A DNA stretch of 36,003 bases, taken from positions 1 to 36,003 of the IMG/VR virus record IMGVR_UViG_3300007983_000002. One strand, given 5' to 3'. Source of the DNA: a virus. Taxonomy: Duplodnaviria; Caudoviricetes. This document shows, piece after piece, positions 17,240 to 27,150 of this stretch (position 1 is its first letter; each line of letters opens with the position of its first letter). Under the pieces are notes generated by a model, which searched no databases, was not told the DNA's origin, and saw nothing but the letters and a program-made list of their open reading frames with translations. The position numbers were made by a program, and so were the translations under genes.

Positions 17240-18200
17240 CGTTGAAAAAGAAATGAATCCATTGGCTGCTTACGATGAGGTGCGAGCCAAAATCAATGAA
17301 GTCAAAGAGCAGTGTGACTTTATTCCTGACGTTTCGACAGACGAAGGGTATGAGAAGTCCAAGCGTGTGTCTCTCGATATAGGGAAAATACTTTCCTCGC
17401 TGGAGAAAACGCGCAAAGAGCTCAAGGCAGACGCGCTGGCGTATGGCAGGAAGGTGGACGCTGAGGCTAAGTCTATCGAGGCAGAGCTCACAGAAATGCG
17501 AGATCCCCACAAGCTGGCTTACCAAGAGCTGGACCGCATGAAAAAGGAGCGCGAAACCAAACGAAAGCAGGAGCTCCAGGATCGCGTCGATTTTATATCT
17601 ATGCTGCCATCCAACATGGAGGACGCCAGCTCTGATGAAGTACAGGCCGCCCTTGACGATCTCCTGCAGGAAGAGTGCTTGGATTTCTATGAGTTTACCG
17701 AACAGGCGTTGAAGGCTCGCAATGCATCGCGCACTGCCTTGGCGGACATGGTTAACCGGAAAGTCAAAGAGGAAGCGGAGCGCAAAGAGTTTGAGCGACT
17801 TAAAGCTGAAGAGGCTGAGCGCAAACGCATTGAAAACGAAAAGCGTATTGCTGATGAGGCCCGGCTTGAGGCAGAACATGCTGCTCAGAAAGCTATTGAA
17901 GCCGAGCAGGAGAAAGCCAGGGAGGCCGAGAGAAAGCTTGAGCAGGAAAAAGAGCGAGCAGCTCTCCTTCACAAAAAGGCCGAGCAAGAAAAAGCCGAAG
18001 CTGAGCAACGTGCTATTGAAAAGCAAAGGCTGCAGGAGGCGGAAGAGGCTCGCAAAATTGCAGACAAAGAGCACGTTGCGTCAATCAATCGCGCTGCTGC
18101 TCAAGCGTTAATCGATGCGGGGCTTAGCAGTAACGATGCAAAGCGAGCGATTACGGCCATTGTTATGAACAAAGTGCCAAATGTAAAACTCACCTATTAG
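17232..18200 (+). CDS. Long coiled-coil phage protein
   Basis: E/K/R/A-rich heptads; between Sak and SSB; GTG start at 17232 after GAAGGAG. Confidence 0.7.
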   Translation: MNSVEKEMNPLAAYDEVRAKINEVKEQCDFIPDVSTDEGYEKSKRVSLDIGKILSSLEKTRKELKADALAYGRKVDAEAKSIEAELTEMRDPHKLAYQELDRMKKERETKRKQELQDRVDFISMLPSNMEDASSDEVQAALDDLLQEECLDFYEFTEQALKARNASRTALADMVNRKVKEEAERKEFERLKAEEAERKRIENEKRIADEARLEAEHAAQKAIEAEQEKAREAERKLEQEKERAALLHKKAEQEKAEAEQRAIEKQRLQEAEEARKIADKEHVASINRAAAQALIDAGLSSNDAKRAITAIVMNKVPNVKLTY

Positions 18201-18209
18201 GAAACAACT

Positions 18210-18680
18210 ATGAATAACTTCACATTTACGGGCCACTTGGGTGGTGACGCAGAGATTCGATATCTCCAGAACGGCACAGCGGTAACGTCGTTTGGTGTTG
18301 CTGCCACAGTGGGCTATGGAGAAAAGAAAAAAACGCAGTGGGTGCGCTGCGGGATGTTTGGCGACCGGGGTGTTGGTCTGGCGAGCTACCTGGTTAAGGG
18401 CCAGCTGGTCGCCGTGTCCGGGGAGGCGTCACTCAACACCTACCACAGCAAGGAGCTTGGAAAAGAAGTCAGTCAGCTGCAGTGTCGGGTAAATGATGTA
18501 TCGTTACTTGGCGGAAGGCCTCAACAAGGGCAAGACCAGGCTCCCCGGCAACAAGACCAGGCTCTTCAGCAGCAAAATCATTATCCTCCGCAAGGGGGTC
18601 AACAGGGTAATAATCAGGCCCAGAACCAGGGGGGGCAGCAGAATCAAAGTAAGTTTGAAGACGATGACATTCCTTTCTAG
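18210..18680 (+). CDS. ssb: Single-stranded DNA-binding protein
   Basis: OB fold G.LG.DAE.RY...YL.KG..V.VSG, Q/G-rich linker, DDDIPF tail. Confidence 0.95.
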   Translation: MNNFTFTGHLGGDAEIRYLQNGTAVTSFGVAATVGYGEKKKTQWVRCGMFGDRGVGLASYLVKGQLVAVSGEASLNTYHSKELGKEVSQLQCRVNDVSLLGGRPQQGQDQAPRQQDQALQQQNHYPPQGGQQGNNQAQNQGGQQNQSKFEDDDIPF

Positions 18681-18757
18681 GAAAAGCCATGGATGGATGA
18701 GCGCTGGTTTAAGATCCCAGATCCAGATAGCATTAGCGAGTTCATGAGTGAGGCTTT

Positions 18758-18791
18758 GGGCGGTGGGTGATAGTTGCCACCGCCCTTTTTT
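18758..18791 (+). terminator. Intrinsic terminator between the convergent early and late operons
   Basis: GGGCGGTGG-loop-CCACCGCCC followed by TTTTTT. Confidence 0.8.
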
Positions 18792-21700
18792 ATATCTGCG
18801 GAACGTACAGCTCGCCGCGGCCTGACACATTCTTCATGCCCTGCTCGCCAAGCATCTTCTCCTGCTCCGCCGTTGTTTTCCCTTTCAGCTGGTCTTTGTA
18901 TAGCCGCTGCAGGTTGGTCGGATTAAGAAGCTGCGCCTCTTCCCCGTACACCTCGGGGTCAAGATCCTGCTCCATCAGCCATTGGATGAATCGCGCTTTC
19001 CCGTTTTTGAGGCCGGTTGCCAGGGCTTTCTCCAGATAGGCTGCTTGCATTTTGCCAGGGCCAGCCGTCAGCTTTTCAAACTCCGGCTCTTCAATCAGCG
19101 CCTCAACCTGCTCCAGCCTCGCTTGCCCAACGATCTCAAGCATTTTGTCAAAGAGCTCAGTGCCTCCAGTCAGCTCGAGCAGATCCACCTTGATGCCGGT
19201 CTGAGACTCTAGGCCAATTTCCGAAGTGGGCTCTGACACAGCAACCCCGTTGGCGGCTAGGCGATCATTGGCATAACTCCAATCCCTGCCTTCAGACCCC
19301 ATCACTTTGCTCACCCGCACAGGCGACACAGAATTGTACATATACAGCGCCTCACCCCCGCCAGCGATAACCGGGGTGCCATCCCAATAGCGTCGTATCG
19401 CGCGGTTCTCCGTGCCTGGAAGACGGTAAGCCACTTCCTGGTTCAGCATTTCCCAGAAGTTATTTGACCGCGGTATGTACGGCGTCTCCTCTTTGCCGGT
19501 GGCGCCCTTCTCAAGCGACCGGAAGTCACGGAGCAGCGACGGGATAAAAGACCCGCCTTGCTGGGCGGCCCACGACTGGTAGTTAATACGCCCGGACATA
19601 AGGTCATTGATGTCGGCCAGGCCTTGGAGGTATGTGTTGTCTTTGAAGTGTGCCGCGGTCGCCAAAGCGGCACCAGCGAACAGATCCATGGCCTCCGCCT
19701 CGTCTTGCGCGTAAGCAATCTTATCCATGTAGTTCAGCATGCCGATCAGGGGGGTAGAAAATGGCTCCATGCCCCGCTGTATAGACACGTAGCTGTCGCC
19801 GGCACGGACGCTGACACCTTGCCACCCAGTGGACTCAAGCACCCTTCGCTGGTTCCGATCGCGAGCGGTATCGAAGCCGGGACCCTGCCCAGTTAATCGT
19901 CCGCTTGGGTCAATAGGTGTGCCGTCTTCGGTTGTCAGGTTCTCACCTTTGATCGCACCAGACTGGTACATGAAATAAAACATCGTCGCCAGGGCAGTAC
20001 CAAAAGCCATTTCCCCCAAGGCCTCATCTGCAGACGCGCCGCCTTTTGCTACCCGGTCGTAAAAGTCTTTCTGAATTGGCGCCAAAGGAGACAGCTTTAT
20101 TGACCGGTCAAAGATTGCGGTAGGCGTCCGAACAAAGGGGATGATTATCCTCATGGGAGGAAACGCCTGGCCGGCTTTAACGATAAAGTCAGCAGCCATC
20201 TTCAAGATCGGCGTCACCTCGTTATTGGTGAACGTCTGCTGCTCTGCATACTTGATCGCCTGGTCATGCATTTCCTTGGTGACATTGTTAAGCAGCTCGT
20301 TGGCCCGGTCGGCAGGAACATCCACCCCCTCCATGTACGCTTGCCTGGTCGCCTGCCCGTAGAGAGACTTGCGGTAGGCCATCGATTTAAAAAACTCGTC
20401 AGACGCCGTCAGAAGCCCGTAGCTGATCGACTCAACCACCCGCTGGGTAGCATCAAGTGTCTGAGGAATCCCTGCGAGGCGCAATTTCTCGCCGCCGGGG
20501 ATGAGCTGTTGCAGTGCGGTGCCCGTCAAAGGTGCGTTATCCACCGTCTCATCGATCTTTCTCGCGCCAAACGACGATGCATACTCACCGCCATTGGCAA
20601 AGGTGCCGTCTTTCCAAACCCGTGCTGCCATGCGGATGGCGTCACCAAAGCCCTCCATGAACGCGGTCGCCTCAGCCACAGCTTCAGCCATGTACACGCG
20701 GTCCTGGTTGCCGGTGATGGATGACCGAGCAAGGCCAATGAGCGCCTGGGTAGGCCTTACCGCCATGGTGCTGATCGCGCCGAAGTTGGTGTTGGATATG
20801 AAGTTGACCAGCTGGGTTTTGAAGCCGGTCAAAATTGCTGCGTTCCGGTAGTTAACCAGCGCAGACGCAAAATTCCTAAGCTTTGATACGCGCTGAATTT
20901 CTTTGATCGACTCACCCACGGTGCCGCCGGCCGCCTTCAGATCCAAAATCTGCTGCGCCATGATCATGGTCGGGCCGCCAGAGCTCGCCACGTCACCGCC
21001 GGCAGCATTACGGGACATCCCGGAGCCAGCCATTGACGCGATTTGAGATACGTCGCCGCTGTTCACTGTCTGCGCCACGATCTTCATGGAGTTGAGGGCG
21101 CGACCGGCCTCCCGGATCTTGCCCTGCATGTACTCTTGGATCATCACCATCTGGCCAGAAGTCTTCTCGAAGCTTAGTCGCTCCTCATCAGACGCTTGCC
21201 CTTTGACGATTTTCTCTGCCAGCTTTTCAACTCGCTCCGACATGGTCAGCAGAACCTGCCGGCCAGCCAGAAGCTGAGTGGCAGACAGGGCCGCGGGCTT
21301 TTCGGTCAGCACGTCTTTCAGTATCTCGACAGCCTCTCCGGCATCAACCCTGGCTTGAACCTCCTCCAGGGACTGCCGCGCTGCGGTAGGTATCATGGTT
21401 GCGCCAACCTCCAGCGCCTTGCCAATATCCTCCACGCTGTCCATGTAATCCAAGTTGACGTTGCGCTCCCAGGTTCTGGCCTCGAGCTCGTCAGACTTAA
21501 TGCCGGCTGCCTTCTCTGCGTACTGCTCCGGCGTCAAACCACCGCGGTCAGGCAAGTCAAACTCCGAAGGGGGCTCTGGGTCTGTCGCATTGTCCACAAT
21601 CTGGTCAACGTCATCCTTCGCCATGCCGCCAGCGGGGATGTCCTGGGGTGGCTCTGGCGACGGCCCCTGCTCCTGGGTTGTATTTATCACGGGGTCAGCA

Positions 21701-21933
21701 GGGACAGACTCTTCCATGCCTCCAAGGATTTCGTCTTCCAGCCCCTTTGGCTTTGCTCGCCGGCCCTCGTCTAGCAGCTGAGCTGTCTTTCGCTCACTGG
21801 TGACCTTGCCGCCCAGGCCCATGCTTTTAGAGATAAGTCGGCTGATGTTCCTGACGACGTTGTTGTTAGGCATGTCGTACTTGCCGCTGGTGATTGACCG
21901 GCCCAAGTTTTCGTCAATGCGGTTCTCATCCAT
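18790..21933 (-). CDS. Large internal virion (ejection) protein
   Basis: 1047 aa, helical; last gene of the ejection cluster; N.L.G..T...N, D..FK and PFVRTP motifs of podovirus core proteins. Confidence 0.7.
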   Translation of the reverse strand: MDENRIDENLGRSITSGKYDMPNNNVVRNISRLISKSMGLGGKVTSERKTAQLLDEGRRAKPKGLEDEILGGMEESVPADPVINTTQEQGPSPEPPQDIPAGGMAKDDVDQIVDNATDPEPPSEFDLPDRGGLTPEQYAEKAAGIKSDELEARTWERNVNLDYMDSVEDIGKALEVGATMIPTAARQSLEEVQARVDAGEAVEILKDVLTEKPAALSATQLLAGRQVLLTMSERVEKLAEKIVKGQASDEERLSFEKTSGQMVMIQEYMQGKIREAGRALNSMKIVAQTVNSGDVSQIASMAGSGMSRNAAGGDVASSGGPTMIMAQQILDLKAAGGTVGESIKEIQRVSKLRNFASALVNYRNAAILTGFKTQLVNFISNTNFGAISTMAVRPTQALIGLARSSITGNQDRVYMAEAVAEATAFMEGFGDAIRMAARVWKDGTFANGGEYASSFGARKIDETVDNAPLTGTALQQLIPGGEKLRLAGIPQTLDATQRVVESISYGLLTASDEFFKSMAYRKSLYGQATRQAYMEGVDVPADRANELLNNVTKEMHDQAIKYAEQQTFTNNEVTPILKMAADFIVKAGQAFPPMRIIIPFVRTPTAIFDRSIKLSPLAPIQKDFYDRVAKGGASADEALGEMAFGTALATMFYFMYQSGAIKGENLTTEDGTPIDPSGRLTGQGPGFDTARDRNQRRVLESTGWQGVSVRAGDSYVSIQRGMEPFSTPLIGMLNYMDKIAYAQDEAEAMDLFAGAALATAAHFKDNTYLQGLADINDLMSGRINYQSWAAQQGGSFIPSLLRDFRSLEKGATGKEETPYIPRSNNFWEMLNQEVAYRLPGTENRAIRRYWDGTPVIAGGGEALYMYNSVSPVRVSKVMGSEGRDWSYANDRLAANGVAVSEPTSEIGLESQTGIKVDLLELTGGTELFDKMLEIVGQARLEQVEALIEEPEFEKLTAGPGKMQAAYLEKALATGLKNGKARFIQWLMEQDLDPEVYGEEAQLLNPTNLQRLYKDQLKGKTTAEQEKMLGEQGMKNVSGRGELYVPQI

Positions 21934-24900
21934 CGGTATCGAGCTCCAGTTTGGGCGTGTAGTTGGGATCGTATTCCATGAAAACTACGTCAGGCTCGCC
22001 GTTATTAAAGTCTTTGAACGTCTCTGCGTCCCAGTTTTCTGGCGCGTAGTCGGGGTTCCAGGAGGATCTATTGACCTCCTTGAATCCGTTGATTCCATAA
22101 ATCTCAGGAAGAACAGTGTCGAATGCATCCAGCTTCCGGCCACCCTCCTGGACAGCCAGCTGAATCATCGAGTGGACATTGCCGCCGCCGCCGGAAAACA
22201 CCGAAACGATATCGCCGTCTTCTTTGATAGCGAACCCTGACCCGCCGTCTGGGGTGGTGAATAGGCGCATGTTGGCGTACTCCTCTGGGGAGTAGACATA
22301 CACAGCCGCACCGAACTTTGATCCCTGCTTATTGCGGGTAATCATGTCGGTGAAATCGACGGCCATTTCTTTGGGGTTGAGCTCATGAAGCGTAACGGCC
22401 GGCGCCTCAGTTGCTGCCATCAAATCACTGAACCGCGAAGACGGTTCGTGGACAGCTACTACGCCCCGAATTCCTCGAGCATTTCGAGGGCTTGGTTTTC
22501 CGTAAGCCCGTGCTTTGCCATTACCACCGAAACGAGGTCGCTTTTGAGCGAAGAGCTTGTACTTGAGGAGCTCTGCTCGCCTCTTTCCTTGAGGAGTTTT
22601 TCTGCCAGCTTCTTGTTGGGCTTCAGCTCCCCCTGGTCCTGATCGTGTTCCTGTTGTGCGTCCACGGCTATCCGCCTCCTTGATCGCTTTATCATCTACA
22701 CCCAGCTCGCTTGCCAGCTTAGCAGCGGCATTAGCGTAGTCGGGAGCCTCGTCATCTGCATAGCCTTCAGCAACGTCTTCAGCAGCTTTAGCCTTGTCAT
22801 ACAGTCTCTTCTCAGGGTACCACAACACAGCTTGTAAATCACTCATTGTGAGTTCTGGGTAATCTTTCTGGAGCTCCTTCAATGCCGGCTCCATCACCCC
22901 GCGAATTCTTGCCCTTTCTTTGCCGCCATTAGGCGCCTCCTTGTCGCCTTCGAGGTACTTCTTTAACCCGTTACCAGTCTTCCGAATTTCCTGGCCCAGC
23001 TCCGTGCGATTCATGATCTCGCGGTTTGCAGGAAGCATGCTGGCTTTCTGTATATCGGCAGCCATCTGTTTGGGGTTGTTGAGATTAAAGCGGACGCCAA
23101 GCGCCTGATACTCTTTCACCAGGTCCGGGTGTTTCGACTTAAACTCCTTTACCAAACTCTTCAGAGTCGCGCTCTTCTCCTTGACCATGTCGGGACGCGG
23201 CTCGATAAGTGTGCCGGTGAGGCGGCCCCATGAGCGCATAAACCACCGGTCGATAGTTAGCGCGTCGAACCGCCCGTTGAGGTTTGAGAAAAAACCGTTA
23301 CCTATCTTCGGTCCAAGAACCATCGAACCTCGGACAATGGCCTCTTTGGTTTCGCCGGCAAATGACGTACCAAAAATTCCCTCAAGCTGACGGATAGTCC
23401 ATTTCTGGTCCATGATTTCGGCCAGCATTTCTGGGCCAAACTCTTTCTCCAGCTTGTTGTAATCGCGCAATGACTTATTGATAGCTCCGGCCGCGGTACC
23501 GGTGCCGATGTCATCAGGCATTACGCCTGTTTCCTTCCACTGCCGGTAAGCCTTCTCTGCCAGCTGGAAATTCTTATCCACCTTCAACCCGTTAGATGTC
23601 ACGGCAAGCGCGTAAGTGAAGGCAAATTTTGCTCGTTTATCGGTCGAAATCTCAGGGTGGATCTCTGACAATATTTCCATGGCTGCGCCAACGGTTTTGT
23701 CATACCAGCCCACGGCGTTCGCGTTGCTTGCCATAGCGGTACGAGCGTCCTGGACCATCATGTCAGACAAAATTCGATTGTTGTCCGGATTATCTATGGC
23801 CAGGTTGTAGCCGGCTCGCTTCATCGACTCTTTTGCCAGTGCTTGCAACCCAAGCTTGAGCTCCCGGTTATTGGCAAACTGTGCAGATGAAGCAAAATCA
23901 AACGCATTCCGTAGGTTGGTGTGAGCATCCCAGTCAGGCGAAGAGCTGGCCAGCGGCAAACGCATGTTGGCGATGTCACCAACTGCACCAATTTGTCGGT
24001 ACATCTTGCCTTGCGGGACGCGCTTCCCGTTTTCCAGGAGCTTCCGGCCAACCCTCCTTCCTCCTGCGACCAAGACAGGAGCAACGACAGGTATCCCCGC
24101 GCCAACAGCAGCACCCACACCAGCGCCAACAGCCGCCGCTCCAGCAACCTCACCGGCATCGATTTCATCCTGCTCGCCGGCCTCGACCCTGACAGCCTGG
24201 CGGCCGGCGTTGTCAGCTGCAGTAAACCCGGCGCCCTCAAAAGAGCCACCCGCGGCGGCACCGGCTACCATTCCGGCTTTCCCGGCAGACTTCACCTGGG
24301 CCTCAGTGATCTCTTTGCCAATGGTTTCTTGCAGCACTCTCTTCATGCGCTGCTTGGCCACCTGTGCGCCGACACGGGCAGCAACAAAGCCGCCGCCCAG
24401 ACCAACATAAGTGGTTGGATCGCCCAGCAGTGAGAGTAGGCTGTTGCCCACGATAGACCAGTCAGTGTTCACTCGGTCGTAGGTGTCGATCATGCTGCTC
24501 AAAGCTTGGGCGTACTCAGGGCCATTGCTCATGGCGCTCATAAGATACGAGCCCATCGAAGAGGTGTTAACGCCAGGCAGGTCTACGTTGCCCATTTTCC
24601 AGTTGAAGCTGGACATCTCGTCCACATACCAGTCGATGAGATCCTGATCCGTACCCTGGAACGGGACACCATTATCAGTCTCATACACCAGTTTCGCCGC
24701 GTCAGCCCATCCTTCAACGCTGGGCAGGTCTTCCTTGTCTATGTCGGGCAATGGCTCTGGCGGCATGTCATCAAGATCGCCCTGGGTGAAATCCTGGCCC
24801 AGGTATGCCTCAACATCCCCCTGCATTCGAGCGGAGTTTGCAGATGACCAGGCGAGCTCGGCTTGCTGTTTCGGCACCCCAAGCATGTCGATCGACCGCA

Positions 24901-25480
24901 TGAAATCTAGCTTCGACAACCCTTCAGCCAGGATGCCGTTGGCGACCATGGTGATGCCGCGCAATGATTTCTCATCCAGGCCTTCTTGAGAATTAAACCC
25001 GCCCTTCCGTATTTCATCTACACCCTTACGGTAAGACTCTGCAGCTTCTTCGTTATCCCAGTCGCCGCGATTGAGCACACGGCGGCCGGTAGCCACATCA
25101 ACTCCGCGGACTGTGACCTTGTTGGGCTTGAGAAACTCATTGGATACGTCGCCGGCATTGCGCGTGATGCCTCGCTGCTGGTCTTGAAACGCCTGTTCTT
25201 TGAGGTCGTAGCGCGTGTTGACATCGCCAAGCGTCGGCAGGAAATCGTCATCCGTGGTCAGCTGGATATCTTTTTGCTGGTCACTCGGCGTGTCAGCAGC
25301 AATCGAATCCGCGTCGGTCATGCCCTGGTAGTCAGCGCCCATAGGAAGGTCGGGCACAGTGATGGATGCACGGGCTTCTTTTTTCTCGCGCTCGCGGCTA
25401 AGGTTTATCTCCTTCCCGGTCGCGGTGGCATTAAACCTATTACGAGCTCGCTCAAGCTCTTGGTCGCTAGTTAGTGCCAT
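21926..25480 (-). CDS. Multidomain (polyvalent) internal virion protein with HhH-glycosylase-like and GNAT-like domains
   Basis: Gly/Ala-zipper segment; GWY...AVTS...N...LGPKIG...TIDRWFMR...LQAVLW; C-terminal GDIVSVFS...AVQEGGRKLDAFD..LP.IY...GF. Start placed at MALTS (25480, GGAG RBS). Confidence 0.65.
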   Translation of the reverse strand: MALTSDQELERARNRFNATATGKEINLSREREKKEARASITVPDLPMGADYQGMTDADSIAADTPSDQQKDIQLTTDDDFLPTLGDVNTRYDLKEQAFQDQQRGITRNAGDVSNEFLKPNKVTVRGVDVATGRRVLNRGDWDNEEAAESYRKGVDEIRKGGFNSQEGLDEKSLRGITMVANGILAEGLSKLDFMRSIDMLGVPKQQAELAWSSANSARMQGDVEAYLGQDFTQGDLDDMPPEPLPDIDKEDLPSVEGWADAAKLVYETDNGVPFQGTDQDLIDWYVDEMSSFNWKMGNVDLPGVNTSSMGSYLMSAMSNGPEYAQALSSMIDTYDRVNTDWSIVGNSLLSLLGDPTTYVGLGGGFVAARVGAQVAKQRMKRVLQETIGKEITEAQVKSAGKAGMVAGAAAGGSFEGAGFTAADNAGRQAVRVEAGEQDEIDAGEVAGAAAVGAGVGAAVGAGIPVVAPVLVAGGRRVGRKLLENGKRVPQGKMYRQIGAVGDIANMRLPLASSSPDWDAHTNLRNAFDFASSAQFANNRELKLGLQALAKESMKRAGYNLAIDNPDNNRILSDMMVQDARTAMASNANAVGWYDKTVGAAMEILSEIHPEISTDKRAKFAFTYALAVTSNGLKVDKNFQLAEKAYRQWKETGVMPDDIGTGTAAGAINKSLRDYNKLEKEFGPEMLAEIMDQKWTIRQLEGIFGTSFAGETKEAIVRGSMVLGPKIGNGFFSNLNGRFDALTIDRWFMRSWGRLTGTLIEPRPDMVKEKSATLKSLVKEFKSKHPDLVKEYQALGVRFNLNNPKQMAADIQKASMLPANREIMNRTELGQEIRKTGNGLKKYLEGDKEAPNGGKERARIRGVMEPALKELQKDYPELTMSDLQAVLWYPEKRLYDKAKAAEDVAEGYADDEAPDYANAAAKLASELGVDDKAIKEADSRGRTTGTRSGPGGAEAQQEAGRKTPQGKRRAELLKYKLFAQKRPRFGGNGKARAYGKPSPRNARGIRGVVAVHEPSSRFSDLMAATEAPAVTLHELNPKEMAVDFTDMITRNKQGSKFGAAVYVYSPEEYANMRLFTTPDGGSGFAIKEDGDIVSVFSGGGGNVHSMIQLAVQEGGRKLDAFDTVLPEIYGINGFKEVNRSSWNPDYAPENWDAETFKDFNNGEPDVVFMEYDPNYTPKLELDTDG
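22459..22665 (-). CDS. Overprinted 68-aa protein nested out of frame in the polyvalent gene
   Basis: AAGGAGG (22675-22681) 9 nt before GTG 22665; amphipathic C-terminus LVSVVMAKHGLTENQALEMLEEFGA. Confidence 0.55.
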   Translation of the reverse strand: MDAQQEHDQDQGELKPNKKLAEKLLKERGEQSSSSTSSSLKSDLVSVVMAKHGLTENQALEMLEEFGA

Positions 25481-27146
25481 AGGTCTCTCCGTACTGGGTG
25501 CGCCACTTGTCAAAAGCGGTTGCTGACTCGTAGAGGTTGGTCAGCCTCTGCTTGTCTCTGTTGTCCAGATCGGCAAGACCTTCCAGCGCCGATATCTCTT
25601 CTTGGATCTTTCCGATGGTTGACGGCATGTCCACCCGGAACTCTCCGCCAGAGCTATAAACCACGTAGTCCTGGAAGTCATCGCTGACATTGAGAAGCTG
25701 GGCTTTGGCCGCTTCTTCCAGGTACCTGGGGAGCTGGTTTTTCTTCCATGGTTCCAGGTCTGCAGCGTTGCCGCCATTGGCTTTGATGTATTGATACAGT
25801 GACTCTTCAGCCTGGGCCAAACGCTCTCGCTGATCATTGGATGCAAACGCCGCAATAGCCGGACCCTCGCCTCCGAGAATCATATTTGAAACACTTCGCC
25901 TCGCCTGGACAAAGTCTGGATTGCTGAATGGCTCATCAGTGGCTTCATTCAGCGATGCTCTTAATGACTTGGCTTGCGCCGCATCAAAGCTGGCACCAAT
26001 GCCATCCAAGATCCTGGACTGCAAGGCGATGATTTCATCTTCAAAGTCACCCTCCTGGGCGCCAAACTTCAGCGCAGTGATGTCGCGCTCAAGGCTGTTG
26101 ATGACGCTCGGGTTGGTAAGGTCATCCCCACTACGACGCGCAGCCTCCATAGACCGGTAACGAGCCTCCAGGGAAAGGTAGTTGCTAAGGCCAACAGCGC
26201 GAGCGACCGAGTTAATCTCCTCCATACCGGCTCGGCCCTCGCTAACAGCGATGATGGCCTCAAGAGACAGTGCGTCCTGCTGTGCTTTCTTGGCATCTTT
26301 CATTGCTTTTTGCACAGCGTTGCGTCGGGTAACCGTAGAGTTAATCAGCTTCAGCTGCTCGCCAGCAGTGATATCCCCAGCCCACTCCGGGTCCATGATG
26401 TCTTCAACTATAGACTCGTAGTCATCAAGCGAGGTTGCCGCGGCCATCCTGCCAGACACTTCAAACTCTTTTTCAGCATAGTTAACTTTCCGAGTAAGAA
26501 CCTGCCTTTCGATGGGGTTGGCCTCGAACACTGAGCTGGACAACAGGTCTCGTGCTCGCTGTATTGACCCATCCTCTACAGCAAGCTCAATCTCTGCCTT
26601 TGTCCTGCCATACTCATACTTCGTTTCCATTTCACCAGCACGGACCCGAGCCTGGGCAGAAACCTGCTGAGCATTCTCGGCAGACGCGCGAGTCCACTGG
26701 CGTCGATACTCTGGGATTTCAATAATGTCCTGGTGTTTTTCCCTGGAGGCTTTCATCACCTCTTCGAGGCCGGTGGCATACCAGACGTGCGCCGGCAGCT
26801 GCTCTTCACCTCGGGCATCAAATTTGGACGTATCTACACCGGCAAACGTATCCGGGTCGTACCCTTTCTCTGTTGCCCAATTGGATAGCTCTTCTGCAGT
26901 TGCAGCAGGATTCTGTGCAGCAAACTTTTGAAAGTCACTGACGTCCTGCTGATAGCGAGAGTTGGCCTCAAGGGCAGAGTCCTCACCTTTTCGTTTGGCA
27001 ACGGCATTGGCGGTATTGGATGCAGCCCGAAACGCGGTGCTCACAATATTGGAACGCTGAGACGCCTCAAAGACTGCTTGCTGCGGCCCTGGTCCGAGTG
27101 AAAGCCTCGGGCCGCTTTGATATGTGATTTGCGGAAGCTTGGCCAC
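25467..27146 (-). CDS. Internal virion (ejection) protein, T7 gp15-like position
   Basis: Helical Ala/Glu-rich; MAKLPQITY N-terminus from GTG 27146; second gene of the ejection cluster. Confidence 0.6.
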   Translation of the reverse strand: MAKLPQITYQSGPRLSLGPGPQQAVFEASQRSNIVSTAFRAASNTANAVAKRKGEDSALEANSRYQQDVSDFQKFAAQNPAATAEELSNWATEKGYDPDTFAGVDTSKFDARGEEQLPAHVWYATGLEEVMKASREKHQDIIEIPEYRRQWTRASAENAQQVSAQARVRAGEMETKYEYGRTKAEIELAVEDGSIQRARDLLSSSVFEANPIERQVLTRKVNYAEKEFEVSGRMAAATSLDDYESIVEDIMDPEWAGDITAGEQLKLINSTVTRRNAVQKAMKDAKKAQQDALSLEAIIAVSEGRAGMEEINSVARAVGLSNYLSLEARYRSMEAARRSGDDLTNPSVINSLERDITALKFGAQEGDFEDEIIALQSRILDGIGASFDAAQAKSLRASLNEATDEPFSNPDFVQARRSVSNMILGGEGPAIAAFASNDQRERLAQAEESLYQYIKANGGNAADLEPWKKNQLPRYLEEAAKAQLLNVSDDFQDYVVYSSGGEFRVDMPSTIGKIQEEISALEGLADLDNRDKQRLTNLYESATAFDKWRTQYGETYGTN

Positions 27147-27150
27147 AATA

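Noticed and set aside
17202-18074. 290-aa hydrophobic antisense ORF
   Set aside because: Leu/Phe/Ser richness is the mirror of the Glu/Lys/Arg codons of the real plus-strand coiled-coil gene.
23821-24261. Second nested same-strand ORF (146 aa) in the polyvalent gene
   Set aside because: No convincing RBS, and its Leu/Arg-rich sequence is the frame shadow of the Gly/Ala-rich main frame.
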